64,000 nucleotides of DNA, taken from sequence record PQ309151.1, one strand, 5' to 3'. Shown here one piece after another: positions 1 through 9,526 of the stretch (the first letter of the stretch is position 1; every line of letters begins with the position of its first letter). Below the pieces are notes generated by a model that made no database searches, had not been told where the DNA came from, and worked only from the letters and a program-made list of their open reading frames with translations. A program made the translations under genes and the position numbers.

Positions 1-1705
1 CGGTCCATACCCACTGACCAGAATAATCGCGATATTCCACAGGCCCAACACGAGGCGGGAATTCCTTTTCACATGCTTCAACCGCCTGACGCCATGCGGT
101 CATGTTGTGCGTCGGACTGAGGATATGGATGCATGGGAACTTCATCAGCCATGACAAGTGCAGAGCACGTTTCTCATCCGAATCAAATTCCGGACTCGTA
201 TAGTGTTCATGCATCGTCGGACTGAGAATCTCATACAGACGTGTGAGATCGCTCCACACATTGTCGTATGCCGCTTGACGCTTCGGCATATCCTCGATGA
301 TCTGCTTTTGCGAAGGCTGATCATCCGGTCCAAGTTCGATCGTGTCACGAACCGTCACCAGGAACTCACGAGTTACCTGATTGAAATACGGCTCATACAG
401 ACCGCCGAAGTTTTGCCGGTTGAACGGCGACTCAGGCGACATGACCACTTCTGCGCGCACACCGAATTCATTACGCGGCATTTCATTGTCAGGCAGAACA
501 TGGCACACAACGCCCTTATCGCCTGCACAACCAGTTGCCTTGTTACCGATGTTCGGCAGAACCTTGTACTGAATCTTGAACTCGACACGCCAATCATCGA
601 TCGGTGCTTTGTGATACAATTTCTGCACCACATCGCCGATGTCATAATCGGTCATTGCACATGCTTCGAGCACGAGCCGATGGAACTCATCGGTCAGATG
701 CATTTCGCCACGACGCTGACGATACTGCTCGTTATAGACTGCCAGGATTTCCCGATAGAAGCGATCGGTCAATTCCTTGTAATACTCGACCTGATCATTC
801 ATGCCGTTAGGCAGTGAACGATTATCGTGATAGACCATCACGTCGATGATCGTGCCGTCTCCTGCACGAGTATACAGCTTGTCATCGTACGTCATGTCCA
901 GCATCATGGTATCGGAAATACCCATGCTGCAGACCGCGAGCCGTTCATCGAACTCGCGAGTAGCCATCAGCAGGCCGTCAGGACGAATGCGCTCGCCAAC
1001 ATCCTTGAAGATTTTATAACGCTTGCGCGGGTCTTCACTCCGCGGGTCGCCGAACATATTCAGGCCATAACGGTTTTGACCCCAGCTGGCAGTACGAGTC
1101 TCAATCATGTTGAAACTCATCTTCTCCAAAGCCGATTCCGAAATCAGAATACCGTCTTCAGATACTGCCGGGTGACTCATGTTGGCGAACATGAGATTCA
1201 GGCCATAACCATATCCGCCACCGGACTTGATGGACGGTGATGTGAGGAATTCAGTACCTTCCTCGAAACTTGCTCCTTTTGAAATGAGGCCGAATTCTTT
1301 GGTCTTGTTATATTTGAAGCCGAAGTACTGATGCTCCAGCGAATAGTCGCGCAGATCGAGACAACCGATCAGGCGTTTCGGATGCTTCAGGTCAACATAG
1401 ATCGCGATCCTTTGAGGATTCGTGATCGTGCTGCCGGCCGTACGCGATCGCGGAAAGCGATCGATCACTGCAATAATCTCGATGTCGCTCGGCGCTTTAA
1501 CCGAGAAACAATACTCCCCGAATCGTGCTTCAGTTCCGGTCTGCCAGTAACGCTCCTCCGAACCAGAGATGACCAGTGCTTGCGGCAAGTGCCCAGCGAA
1601 CATCACCTTCCGAGGACCGCTATTTACATCTACCCATGGATCCATGGAATTGTTTGAGAGAAACTCCGCGTGGAGCTCGCTTGGATGACGGGCTAATATT
1701 GTCAT
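1..1705 (-). CDS. Non-virion RNA polymerase beta subunit, C-terminal half (phiKZ gp71-73-like); runs off the left edge
   Basis: Absent from the ORF track. Partial hand translation from ATG at 1705 gives MTILARHPSEL...NSGPRKVMFAGHLPQ...SEDG...GNKATGCAGDKGVVCHVLPDNEMP...VVMSPESPFNRQNFGGLYE, a variant of the beta GDK/HGNKG/MP/NP motifs. All stretches translated, including the last bases to position 1, are open in the same frame. Confidence 0.9.
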   Translation of the reverse strand, partial: MTILARHPSELHAEFLSNNSMDPWVDVNSGPRKVMFAGHLPQALVISGSEERYWQTGTEARFGEYCFSVKAPSDIEIIAVIDRFPRSRTAGSTITNPQRIAIYVDLKHPKRLIGCLDLRDYSLEHQYFGFKYNKTKEFGLISKGASFEEGTEFLTSPSIKSGGGYGYGLNLMFANMSHPAVSEDGILISESALEKMSFNMIETRTASWGQNRYGLNMFGDPRSEDPRKRYKIFKDVGERIRPDGLLMATREFDERLAVCSMGISDTMMLDMTYDDKLYTRAGDGTIIDVMVYHDNRSLPNGMNDQVEYYKELTDRFYREILAVYNEQYRQRRGEMHLTDEFHRLVLEACAMTDYDIGDVVQKLYHKAPIDDWRVEFKIQYKVLPNIGNKATGCAGDKGVVCHVLPDNEMPRNEFGVRAEVVMSPESPFNRQNFGGLYEPYFNQVTREFLVTVRDTIELGPDDQPSQKQIIEDMPKRQAAYDNVWSDLTRLYEILSPTMHEHYTSPEFDSDEKRALHLSWLMKFPCIHILSPTHNMTAWRQAVEACEKEFPPRVGPVEYRDYSGQWVWT

Positions 1706-1802
1706 TTAACCATCCATTTCTGTTTTGAAAGTTGAACTGTCGAAGACTTCTAGACAGTATCTGTATGATAATATATGAGTCTAAAATTTTATAGGAAAGC
1801 TT

Positions 1803-2141
1803 ATGCCCGCCATCCTTGATAACATCGATGACCAGGGTCCGGCGATTTATTACACGGATGCCTTTAGGCAGATGGTCGAAGATCACCTGACTATTCTCAA
1901 GACAACGAATATCCAGACTCGCATCATCACCGATGATGATTGGGCTACATTGTACAAATATGAAGGAGACTTCTACGGCCTCCTGAACGCATTGCAGATC
2001 GGTCGACAGTATCACTGGACCGTAATGCGAATGAACGGTTATCGTAGCCGCTTCGAAGCTACGGCCGATATCGCACAGTTGATCACTCCTGACTGGGCGT
2101 ATGTGAACAAGCTGGCACAACTGGCTAAAGAGAAGAAGTAA
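1803..2141 (+). CDS. Small conserved jumbo-phage protein, possibly LysM-like/T4 gp53-like baseplate component
   Basis: 112 aa with AGGA RBS. LYKYEGDFYGLL...YHWTVMRMNG resembles the gp53/LysM pattern (inference). Confidence 0.55.
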   Translation: MPAILDNIDDQGPAIYYTDAFRQMVEDHLTILKTTNIQTRIITDDDWATLYKYEGDFYGLLNALQIGRQYHWTVMRMNGYRSRFEATADIAQLITPDWAYVNKLAQLAKEKK

Positions 2142-2156
2142 AAGAACAAAAGAAAA

Positions 2157-2188
2157 TACTACTGGATCCCGTGAGGGATCCAGTAGTA
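2157..2188. terminator. Intrinsic terminator hairpin between convergent genes
   Basis: TACTACTGGATCCC-GTGA-GGGATCCAGTAGTA, 14-bp perfect stem, with a T-rich tail on the minus strand. Confidence 0.85.
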
Positions 2189-2200
2189 CCTTATGCCGTC

Positions 2201-3838
2201 TTAACGACGGTAGTAGCGGTCGCGACGATCGTAGCGATCATCATCATCGTAATCGCGATCTCGACGAGCGCGGTCACGGATGTCGCGAATACCACGACGG
2301 CGACCACTACGATCGTAGTCGCGGTCATCCCGATCGTAATCACGGCCACGACGTGAACCGCGATATTCACGATCTTCTTCGTCACGCAATGCCGAACGCA
2401 ATGCCGGATTGTCTTCGAAGATGTCACCAGTACGACGGTCACGATCATCTCGGTCATCCCGGTCACGACGATCCCGCCGGTCGCGATCACGGTCTCGATC
2501 ATCACGATCGTAATCACGATCGCGTGAACGACGATCATCATAGTCGCGTTCGCGACGACGTTCACGCAGCTCGCGCTCTTCTTCTTCACGCTCTTCGCGG
2601 CGCAGACGTTCTTCACGTTCACGCAACTCACGCTCACGCCGTTCAATTTCACGACGTTCGCGATCTGCTGCACTGCGTGCTTCACGTTCACTCGTTACTG
2701 CCCGATCAGTACCGGAAGCGGGGGTTCTGTCGGGCTGTGCTTTTCCCAGGCTTTCACCAGTCGTCGGAGCCGCTGCCGGAGCACCGAGAACCATCCGACC
2801 ACGCGGAGCCGAGGATGCTGCACTGGACGATGTAGCTGCGCCGAGACGGCCATGCCCACGGACTTCTTCAGCGTGTCCCATGTCGCGTTCTTCACGACGG
2901 GTTTCACGACGCGCTTCGACTTCCTTTTCACGATCCATCTCTTCTCCGACTTCATTGGAGTTGAGAGCGGGAATCGTGCGGGCGAGCTTTTCGACCATGT
3001 CCTTGCTGTCGAAGATTTCCTTCCAGATCCCGAGTTCTTCCGGGAAAGTCAGGATTTCCGGCAGATCGACGATGCCCATGTAAGGCTGCGCCGTTTCCAC
3101 CAGAGCGTCAACGACGTTCAGGACTGCACGCACGAGCGACTCGATGAACGGAGCCGAACGCGAGTTGATGCCGACGTTGAAGAATTCCGGATCTGCCAGC
3201 AGAGTCGGGAACACGAACTCGTAGAGCTTGATCAGCATCTCGCGGTTCTTGTTCGTCAACTTCACGCCGTTGATCGGTTCCTTCTCCGGCTTCTTCAGCG
3301 ATTCGTAGATCGGGAATGTGACGATGCCAGCACGGCCATACGTCACACCCTTCACTACACCGCCGCGCTTGATGAAGATGTTGATGAACATGTCCGCATT
3401 GTTGCGGGACTTCGTCGACTTCTGGATCGATTCGAAATCCTTCACAAGCGACGCATCACACTTCGACAGCGCGTTCAGAACTTGCGACTGTTCGGTCGAC
3501 AGGTTCTTCTGGTTGTCCTGGTCATACGCGATCGCAATGAGCTCCTTCATCAGGTAAGCGATCGACGCGTTCAGACGTTGAACGAACTGGTCACGCAACG
3601 TGGCCACCATGTCACTGATGCCCAGGTTGAATGCTTCGCGCAGCGGATGGAAGCCCACGCGAGTTTTCCAGTCTTGATTCTTCATCTGCGCCCGGGTAGG
3701 CAGAACCACACGCATGCCATTGATCGTGGCAGGCATGAGTTGATCGCCGAGCTTTACCGACACGTTCCCATCTTCGTCGGCAACCATCCACCCCAGGTCC
3801 AGCAGAATCTTGTAATAATCGATGATCTTATCACGCAT
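2201..3838 (-). CDS. Conserved nucleus-block protein (phiKZ gp70-like) with a long Arg/Asp/Glu low-complexity C-terminus
   Basis: 545 aa, located between the PicA-like gene and the nvRNAP beta gene. Globular N-terminal ~300 aa followed by an RD/RE-rich tail. Confidence 0.75.
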   Translation of the reverse strand: MRDKIIDYYKILLDLGWMVADEDGNVSVKLGDQLMPATINGMRVVLPTRAQMKNQDWKTRVGFHPLREAFNLGISDMVATLRDQFVQRLNASIAYLMKELIAIAYDQDNQKNLSTEQSQVLNALSKCDASLVKDFESIQKSTKSRNNADMFINIFIKRGGVVKGVTYGRAGIVTFPIYESLKKPEKEPINGVKLTNKNREMLIKLYEFVFPTLLADPEFFNVGINSRSAPFIESLVRAVLNVVDALVETAQPYMGIVDLPEILTFPEELGIWKEIFDSKDMVEKLARTIPALNSNEVGEEMDREKEVEARRETRREERDMGHAEEVRGHGRLGAATSSSAASSAPRGRMVLGAPAAAPTTGESLGKAQPDRTPASGTDRAVTSEREARSAADRERREIERRERELREREERLRREEREEEERELRERRRERDYDDRRSRDRDYDRDDRDRDRDRRDRRDRDDRDDRDRRTGDIFEDNPALRSALRDEEDREYRGSRRGRDYDRDDRDYDRSGRRRGIRDIRDRARRDRDYDDDDRYDRRDRYYRR

Positions 3839-3851
3839 TTTTTAATTTACC

Positions 3852-5309
3852 TTAATAGCTGAAGTTACGGCCCGAACCGCCTGCGTTCATTCCAGTTGTC
3901 GAAAGGATTTCTTCGAACAGGCTGTTATAGTCACGGGCCGCATCGCGGATGTCTTGCCGACTGTTGGTCAGAATCGGCGACGTAAGAGAATTGCAGAAGC
4001 ACGGGAATACATAGCGGCCATGGTTCTCGCCATCATAGAACAGCTTGAAGTCGATTTCCCCGAACACACGGCACTTGACTTGCAGGCCGATAGTTACGCG
4101 GTCTTCCGCGGTGATCGGATACATCAGTTCATCGATGATGCGATCTTCGAACTGGTCAACGAACCAGGCCAGATCCACGTCCTTTACGAACGACTTCGCG
4201 GTTGTCGGAACGAACTCGAACGGCTGTTCGTGCGAGGCTGTCTGATTATGAATCTGGAAGTCCAGTCGATGAAGACCGGTTTCCATCATCAGAGCAGGAA
4301 CAGCAACCTGAATCAGGGATGCAATCTTGTCCCATTCTTCACCGCCGTTCACATCGTTGGAATCGAGGTGATACTCGGTCATCGCCTTCGACTCATTGTC
4401 GAACAACTTCGTTTCCGTACGACGTTCTGCTTCCGGATCGATATACAGCAGATCCTTGAACGTGAAGTTGTCGGTGGTGGTCGACAGATTGCGCGCGTTC
4501 GAGATTGCACGCAGGAATACGTCATCGGACGTATACGACTCCTGCACATAACCTTGAGCCGTCGCATTGACGTCGAGTACCGAACCGCCGAACTCGGTGT
4601 TGTCGATTGCCTTGCGGCGCGATTCGAGAACACGCGACATATACCGCGAACCGATACGATTCGAAGTCGAGCTCTTCACAGAGTTCTTCGACAGAGTCGT
4701 ACGCAGATCCGTGAGATCGTCCACCAGCTGACCAGTCTCTTCAGCATCCAGCGACGAATAGATATCTTCCGGACGCATCGTGTACAGCGTTTCGCCACGA
4801 CGACGCAGGCCGGCGTTTTCACGATCCGACAGAACGTCTGCTGCGCGAGCCGGCATGTACATGCGACGGAAACCGCCACGAGAATCCGGGATCATCCGTT
4901 CTTCGAGCATGAACGTATTGTTGACATAGAACTCCATGTCATGATCCACGTTACGCGTGGTAAAGCCGACCGAGTTGGTATAACCCATCACGACCTGCTT
5001 GAGCCTGTCGCCGGTTCCGATCTGGATATCCAGCGTCAGAATGAAACGACCACGCCGTGCATCCCAACCATTCGGCACGTCAATGATGCCGCGCGTATTG
5101 AACGACGGAACCATGAACTGGTTGGCGATCTGTGCCAGCATCGACGGCGTGAAACGCCTGGTCTTTTTGTAACGTTCTTCGACACTGTCGAGGAGCCCAC
5201 CGGAGAAGTGGGTTTCATACGGACGGAGAAACTGATCCTGAAACGTAGCCGACTCCGCAATGATCAGCTCTTCAACGTAAATCTTGATGTCTTGACGACC
5301 TTGGCGCAT
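3852..5309 (-). CDS. picA: Phage-nucleus protein import factor PicA/Imp1 (phiKZ gp69-like)
   Basis: 485 aa, directly downstream of the gp68-like gene. Size and synteny match PicA. Assignment rests mainly on synteny. Confidence 0.7.
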   Translation of the reverse strand: MRQGRQDIKIYVEELIIAESATFQDQFLRPYETHFSGGLLDSVEERYKKTRRFTPSMLAQIANQFMVPSFNTRGIIDVPNGWDARRGRFILTLDIQIGTGDRLKQVVMGYTNSVGFTTRNVDHDMEFYVNNTFMLEERMIPDSRGGFRRMYMPARAADVLSDRENAGLRRRGETLYTMRPEDIYSSLDAEETGQLVDDLTDLRTTLSKNSVKSSTSNRIGSRYMSRVLESRRKAIDNTEFGGSVLDVNATAQGYVQESYTSDDVFLRAISNARNLSTTTDNFTFKDLLYIDPEAERRTETKLFDNESKAMTEYHLDSNDVNGGEEWDKIASLIQVAVPALMMETGLHRLDFQIHNQTASHEQPFEFVPTTAKSFVKDVDLAWFVDQFEDRIIDELMYPITAEDRVTIGLQVKCRVFGEIDFKLFYDGENHGRYVFPCFCNSLTSPILTNSRQDIRDAARDYNSLFEEILSTTGMNAGGSGRNFSY

Positions 5310-5325
5310 CTTTTAGCCCTCTATT

Positions 5326-6897
5326 TTAAAAAGTGTACAACGAAATGTAGTTCGCATTTCGCCCTTGTACGTAAATGGCATAATCAGCCAATCGGTTCCG
5401 AATGTCGTACCCCACTCGGTAAGTTTTGTTTGCAGCGCTCTGACGAAACTCTGCGATTTGCTCCTCGGGCAGATTCAGAAACCATGTATGGTCAGACAAC
5501 AGCTGAGCCAGATCCATGATCTCATTCACTGCATCGTTGTTGGGCTTTACCTGTTTCTTCGTCGGATGGCGACGGTAGTACGGGTAGAGCTCATTGAGTT
5601 TATCGATCTTGTCCTTCGTGATGTGGGCACGGGACTCCTGACTATACGAACCATAGCCTTCTGCGTTCATGCTGCGTGCAGTCGGCAAACCGGCCAGATC
5701 CTTGAACTCGGTGTTCCACAGAACGAACTGAGCGATGCCTGCCAAGCGCAAGATGCTGGACTTGTTGATGTCCCACAGCGCACGCGGACTGACGATCGGA
5801 TTGACCACCCACTGAATCAGACGGATCTGACATTCTTCCAGTGTGTGGGTCGCCATGTGTTCTGCTGAGTCCATTGCCTTTTCGAGTTCTGCTGCCTGTT
5901 CTTCAGACAGTTCGTTCTGAAGCAACAGACGCGCTGCGATCTCCCGATAATACTCGGTCCACTTTTCGATCGCAGTGAACTCACCCGGAGGCACCAGGGG
6001 TTTGTTCTTGTACTTCTCCGCACGAGACGAGGAGTCTTCACTCGAATCATCTTCGTTCGGATTGATCTTCTCCAGAATCGCGTTCTGATGGCTGTCGTTT
6101 TGCGACAACCGATTGCGAAGCGACTTGTGGATGATCTGCACCAGATGCGTATCCGACGGATGTCGCGTGAAGCTTGCGATCACGAGAGCACGAACGAGAA
6201 TGTTCGCAACCAGGTTCGTCTGAAACACATCCGAGCCAATGCCGTCGATCGAGGAACGGATGTTGATGTCGTCCTGCTTCACGTTCTTCGCCACATAGTG
6301 ACTCAAACGCTGCATTGCAGGAGACTCTTCGATCGAAGACTTCGAGATCGTGAAATACGTATTCAGATCTCGGAAGGTCGGGCCCGATTCCTTCTTGGTG
6401 ATTTCCGAGAACTCACCCCAGATCGGCGCGATTGCTCGAAGCTTGATCACCATGAACACGAGTTCCCAATAGTCGGCGACCAGATAAGTCTGTTCGCGGC
6501 TGCCAGGTTTCTCGTGTGTGAACTTGTACTCCACATCCAGATCTTCAGGAATCCAGATGCCACCATGATACCGAGTCCAACGCTCGAAATCTTCAGTATC
6601 GTGGATGTTGACGATCTCGTTGATGATCGGCCGCAAAGCCAGAATCAACGGATTCACATTGAACGTTTCGTTGAAGACGTTCTTTGCCTGGCGATACAGA
6701 TCGAAGATTTTGTCCTGAAGTTCGATGTCGATCCGCTGCCAATACTTATTGATTTGCTGAAACGGTTCGTACGTTCCTTTCTTGAAAGCTTGTCCATAAA
6801 CTGCTCCACTGAACTCCAGGGTCTCCCCACGGTGTTCGATGTAGATCATCCCGTTTCCAGCGACGCCTGCGTGTTGGAATTTCGCTTGCATCGACAC
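5326..6897 (-). CDS. Non-virion RNAP promoter-specificity subunit (phiKZ gp68-like)
   Basis: 523 aa, between the ChmC-like and PicA-like genes. Size and position match gp68. Confidence 0.75.
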   Translation of the reverse strand: MSMQAKFQHAGVAGNGMIYIEHRGETLEFSGAVYGQAFKKGTYEPFQQINKYWQRIDIELQDKIFDLYRQAKNVFNETFNVNPLILALRPIINEIVNIHDTEDFERWTRYHGGIWIPEDLDVEYKFTHEKPGSREQTYLVADYWELVFMVIKLRAIAPIWGEFSEITKKESGPTFRDLNTYFTISKSSIEESPAMQRLSHYVAKNVKQDDINIRSSIDGIGSDVFQTNLVANILVRALVIASFTRHPSDTHLVQIIHKSLRNRLSQNDSHQNAILEKINPNEDDSSEDSSSRAEKYKNKPLVPPGEFTAIEKWTEYYREIAARLLLQNELSEEQAAELEKAMDSAEHMATHTLEECQIRLIQWVVNPIVSPRALWDINKSSILRLAGIAQFVLWNTEFKDLAGLPTARSMNAEGYGSYSQESRAHITKDKIDKLNELYPYYRRHPTKKQVKPNNDAVNEIMDLAQLLSDHTWFLNLPEEQIAEFRQSAANKTYRVGYDIRNRLADYAIYVQGRNANYISLYTF

Positions 6898-6930
6898 TCC
6901 TTTTAAAAATTTCTTAGCTATTACAGACGA

Positions 6931-6957
6931 ATGATATATCGTTGAAATCTGTTTAAA
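6931..6957 (-). promoter_or_regulatory. Putative early promoter
   Basis: Minus strand TTTAAACAGATTTCAACGATATATCAT, near-identical to the copies at 16687 and 27305. Confidence 0.65.
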
Positions 6958-6967
6958 AGAGGGTTTT

Positions 6968-6995
6968 CACATGGAGGGCGAAAGCCCTCCATGTG
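6968..6995. terminator. Hairpin terminator after the ChmC-like gene
   Basis: CACATGGAGGGC-GAAA-GCCCTCCATGTG, 12-bp stem. Confidence 0.75.
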
Positions 6996-7016
6996 TTTAG
7001 TTTATGTGCTTACTGC

Positions 7017-7784
7017 TTAGAAGCTGATGTCGTCGAAATCGGAACCGCCTCCACCGAAGCCGCCACCCGATGATTCGCTATCATCGCTACCGCCACCACT
7101 GTTCCAGCCACCGCCTCCACCGCCACCGCCGTTACCACCGCGGTTATAGTTGCCGCCACCGCCTCCACCATTGCCCTTCCAGTTACCACCGCCGCCACCG
7201 CCGTTCGGCGTCTTCGGTTCCGGATGCTTGTACGTTGCCACCGAGACCATCGCGACGATACGCGTGACCAGGTTGTACATCGCACGCGCGGCGACGACCG
7301 AGACTGCTGCTTCCGACATCGGACCATCACCGCTGCCCAGGTGATGCCAGTACGTCGGCGCGAACGGGAAGTAGATCTTCGGACGACCGGACTTCAGCAG
7401 GTCTTCGACCATGATGTACACGACGCCGCCGGGGTTCTTGCCGACTTCGACGCGAGCGATGTCCGACTTCTTCTTGTCTTGACCGACCGGCGCCTGACAG
7501 AAGACGCTGAACTTGCACGGGTCCTTGCTTTCGGTCGCGATCTTCAGGTTCTCCATCAGGATCTGCAGATCGAAGATACCGAACTTCGCCTGGATGCGGC
7601 CGAAGTTGTTGTCCTTGTCGTTGGGGTCACGGGTGTAGACCGTGATGCCCGGGTTGTCGTTGTTTGCGTAGAAGTGCAGTTCCGAGAAACCCTTTACGCC
7701 CTTCACGGGACAAGGGGTCGAAAGCACGATGCGCTTCGAATCCAGAAGGTTCTTGTCGCGTTGCTTGGGCTTGAAGTCAGCCAT
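7017..7784 (-). CDS. chmC: ChmC-like nucleus-associated nucleic-acid-binding protein (phiKZ gp67-like) with Gly-rich tail
   Basis: 255 aa, immediately upstream of the gp68-like gene. Globular domain plus a G/N/S-rich low-complexity tail ending DFDDISF. Confidence 0.7.
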   Translation of the reverse strand: MADFKPKQRDKNLLDSKRIVLSTPCPVKGVKGFSELHFYANNDNPGITVYTRDPNDKDNNFGRIQAKFGIFDLQILMENLKIATESKDPCKFSVFCQAPVGQDKKKSDIARVEVGKNPGGVVYIMVEDLLKSGRPKIYFPFAPTYWHHLGSGDGPMSEAAVSVVAARAMYNLVTRIVAMVSVATYKHPEPKTPNGGGGGGNWKGNGGGGGGNYNRGGNGGGGGGGGWNSGGGSDDSESSGGGFGGGGSDFDDISF

Positions 7785-7846
7785 GGTTGCCTCTTCGAAA
7801 ATGGTTGGTTATCGTACTCCAGATCATAGATTGACCTGGTAAAAGA

Positions 7847-8683
7847 TTACATCATGTCCTTCACCGTAGCGGTGTAGAACGGGTTTTTCAACTGATCCAG
7901 ATTCATCCGGATACGAGCATCTGTCGTGAGAGCGCTCCAGCCGTATTTCGTTGCGAGTTCGACAATGGCTTTTCTCAGCTTCGAGTCCATCGGCGAGAAG
8001 AATTCTTTTTCACCAAATATCCGGGCGAAGTATTGGGTGAAAGGAATCATCGAGAGTTCTTTCCCGTTGTTGAGTTTGGTGTACCACAACGAACGGTTCT
8101 TGATTGCTCCCGTGTGCGATTCGATCAGGTCCAGTTCCTCGAAGGCTTTATAGGACAACAGATCCCACGCAATGTGAGTTTGGATCAGAAAGTTTCCATC
8201 CTTCTTATCCGGAGAGATGTCGGTATCGAATCCTTTTACGTAATCCTTACCGACGTCATTCAGGAATTGCTGAATGGAGTCTTCCATTCGCTTACGTTCT
8301 TCCACCTGTTTCGGCGTGATGTCCGATTTGAAGATGGAGTGATGCTTGTATCGCGAATAGATGGCTTTATAATTGCAGAGATACAAGGTCGGGTCGATCT
8401 TGGTATCTGCGAGAACACGTTTCACCGCTTCCCATTCGTCATGCATGAGTTCCGCAATGACACCCGGTTTAAGCAGAATATTGATGTCGGCCGAGAAAGA
8501 GCCAACGATGTTGCGGTACAGAGTCCTGGCATTCATCCAGTAATGCTGGTATTTCAGGTGAGGCGACTCATCCCACTTACGTTCAGGATGAATGTTCATC
8601 AGGCTTTCGAGAGCCAGTGAAGTCGGCACATTCACCGGATACTGCCCACGCGCCATCTTTTCAGTGAATGTGAAGACGTTCAT
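7847..8683 (-). CDS. Conserved phiKZ-like core protein, possibly PIN/5'-nuclease-like fold
   Basis: 278 aa with WMNARTLYRN and AWDLL...ESHTG motifs. The fold guess is inference. Confidence 0.6.
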   Translation of the reverse strand: MNVFTFTEKMARGQYPVNVPTSLALESLMNIHPERKWDESPHLKYQHYWMNARTLYRNIVGSFSADINILLKPGVIAELMHDEWEAVKRVLADTKIDPTLYLCNYKAIYSRYKHHSIFKSDITPKQVEERKRMEDSIQQFLNDVGKDYVKGFDTDISPDKKDGNFLIQTHIAWDLLSYKAFEELDLIESHTGAIKNRSLWYTKLNNGKELSMIPFTQYFARIFGEKEFFSPMDSKLRKAIVELATKYGWSALTTDARIRMNLDQLKNPFYTATVKDMM

Positions 8684-8880
8684 TGTATTTTATCCGTTAG
8701 CAAATGACGGGGGAGTCCGATGGAGTCCCAGAACTGTTGGAAGAAGTTCCACAGATCTTCTTCAAATTGTCTTTGATGAGCCAGGCTACCATAAGGAGAT
8801 ACCAGGCTAATCTCGAAAGGCGGATCGACATCTTTTTGCGGACCGATCACCACGGGCAAAGAACGATCTGGATTGATCAT
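8680..8880 (-). CDS. Hypothetical protein
   Basis: 66 aa, start and stop overlap with both neighbours (translational coupling). Confidence 0.65.
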   Translation of the reverse strand: MINPDRSLPVVIGPQKDVDPPFEISLVSPYGSLAHQRQFEEDLWNFFQQFWDSIGLPRHLLTDKIQ

Positions 8881-9380
8881 ACTCGAATGACTCCTTCTCG
8901 AATCAGACTATGGAACCACTCATGGTAGAACATAGCCTCTTCCGGCGTGATGTCAGTCGGGAATGTCGGAATCGCCCGATGGCGTTTCGACTGATCGCCG
9001 TACGGCAAAATGTCGCTCGTGCCCAATGGGATCGACGGTTTGAAACGGAAACGCGAAGGACCTTTCGGCGGCAACGGATACTTCTGAAGAATCTTGTCGT
9101 AAGCCGCCCGCTGAATTTCTGCGACCGTCAGCGACTTGCCTGTAGCTCTCGACTTATAGACGAAATGCCATACGCCGGTGTCCGGGTTCACTGCCGTACC
9201 AACCTGAATTTCTTCAGGGTTGATGTAGAATTGGTTCGAGATCCAGTCCGTGCCTGGTGCTCGAACTTGTATTTCGTCATCGTGCCAATAACCGCCATAC
9301 TTCGGTTTTTCTTGCTTTGGCAACGGCTCATGACCGTTACGCTTAAACTGATTGACGTGGGCGAAATTAATCTTGCTCAT
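8877..9380 (-). CDS. Hypothetical protein
   Basis: 167 aa in the coupled operon. Confidence 0.7.
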   Translation of the reverse strand: MSKINFAHVNQFKRNGHEPLPKQEKPKYGGYWHDDEIQVRAPGTDWISNQFYINPEEIQVGTAVNPDTGVWHFVYKSRATGKSLTVAEIQRAAYDKILQKYPLPPKGPSRFRFKPSIPLGTSDILPYGDQSKRHRAIPTFPTDITPEEAMFYHEWFHSLIREGVIRV

Positions 9381-9519
9381 TTCGTTTCCTGTATTCTTTC
9401 AGGACTTCGTTCTTAATGACATCTGTGATTGTTTCCCCGATACGACGCTGGGCTTCAGGTGTCACGTCAAGGCATTTCTCAAGGTCAACCTCGACCGATT
9501 CGTATTGTTCAGCAGCCAC
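9367..9519 (-). CDS. Small hypothetical protein (50 aa), not in the ORF track
   Basis: GTG start with GAGGT RBS overlapping the SbcD stop. MAAEQYESVEVDLEKCLDVTPEAQRRIGETITDVIKNEVLKEYRKRNEQD fills the gap exactly. Confidence 0.6.
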   Translation of the reverse strand: MAAEQYESVEVDLEKCLDVTPEAQRRIGETITDVIKNEVLKEYRKRNEQD

Positions 9520-9526
9520 AGATACC

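Noticed and set aside
1795-1806. TATG at start codons (also 20537, 27344, 38073) as phiKZ-type late promoters
   Set aside because: A 4-mer overlapping ATG is expected by chance, and these genes have upstream RBS-like sequences. It cannot be supported without start-site data.
2191-2691. Alternative-frame ORFs over the RD-rich region
   Set aside because: These are by-products of low-complexity coding repeats in the gp70-like gene.
2201-2700. Repetitive DNA as a possible CRISPR array or tandem repeat
   Set aside because: The repeats are imperfect, codon-phased and lack spacers. The R/D-rich protein explains them.
7030-7215. CCG/CCA-rich tract as a possible microsatellite
   Set aside because: It encodes the poly-Gly tail of the ChmC-like protein.
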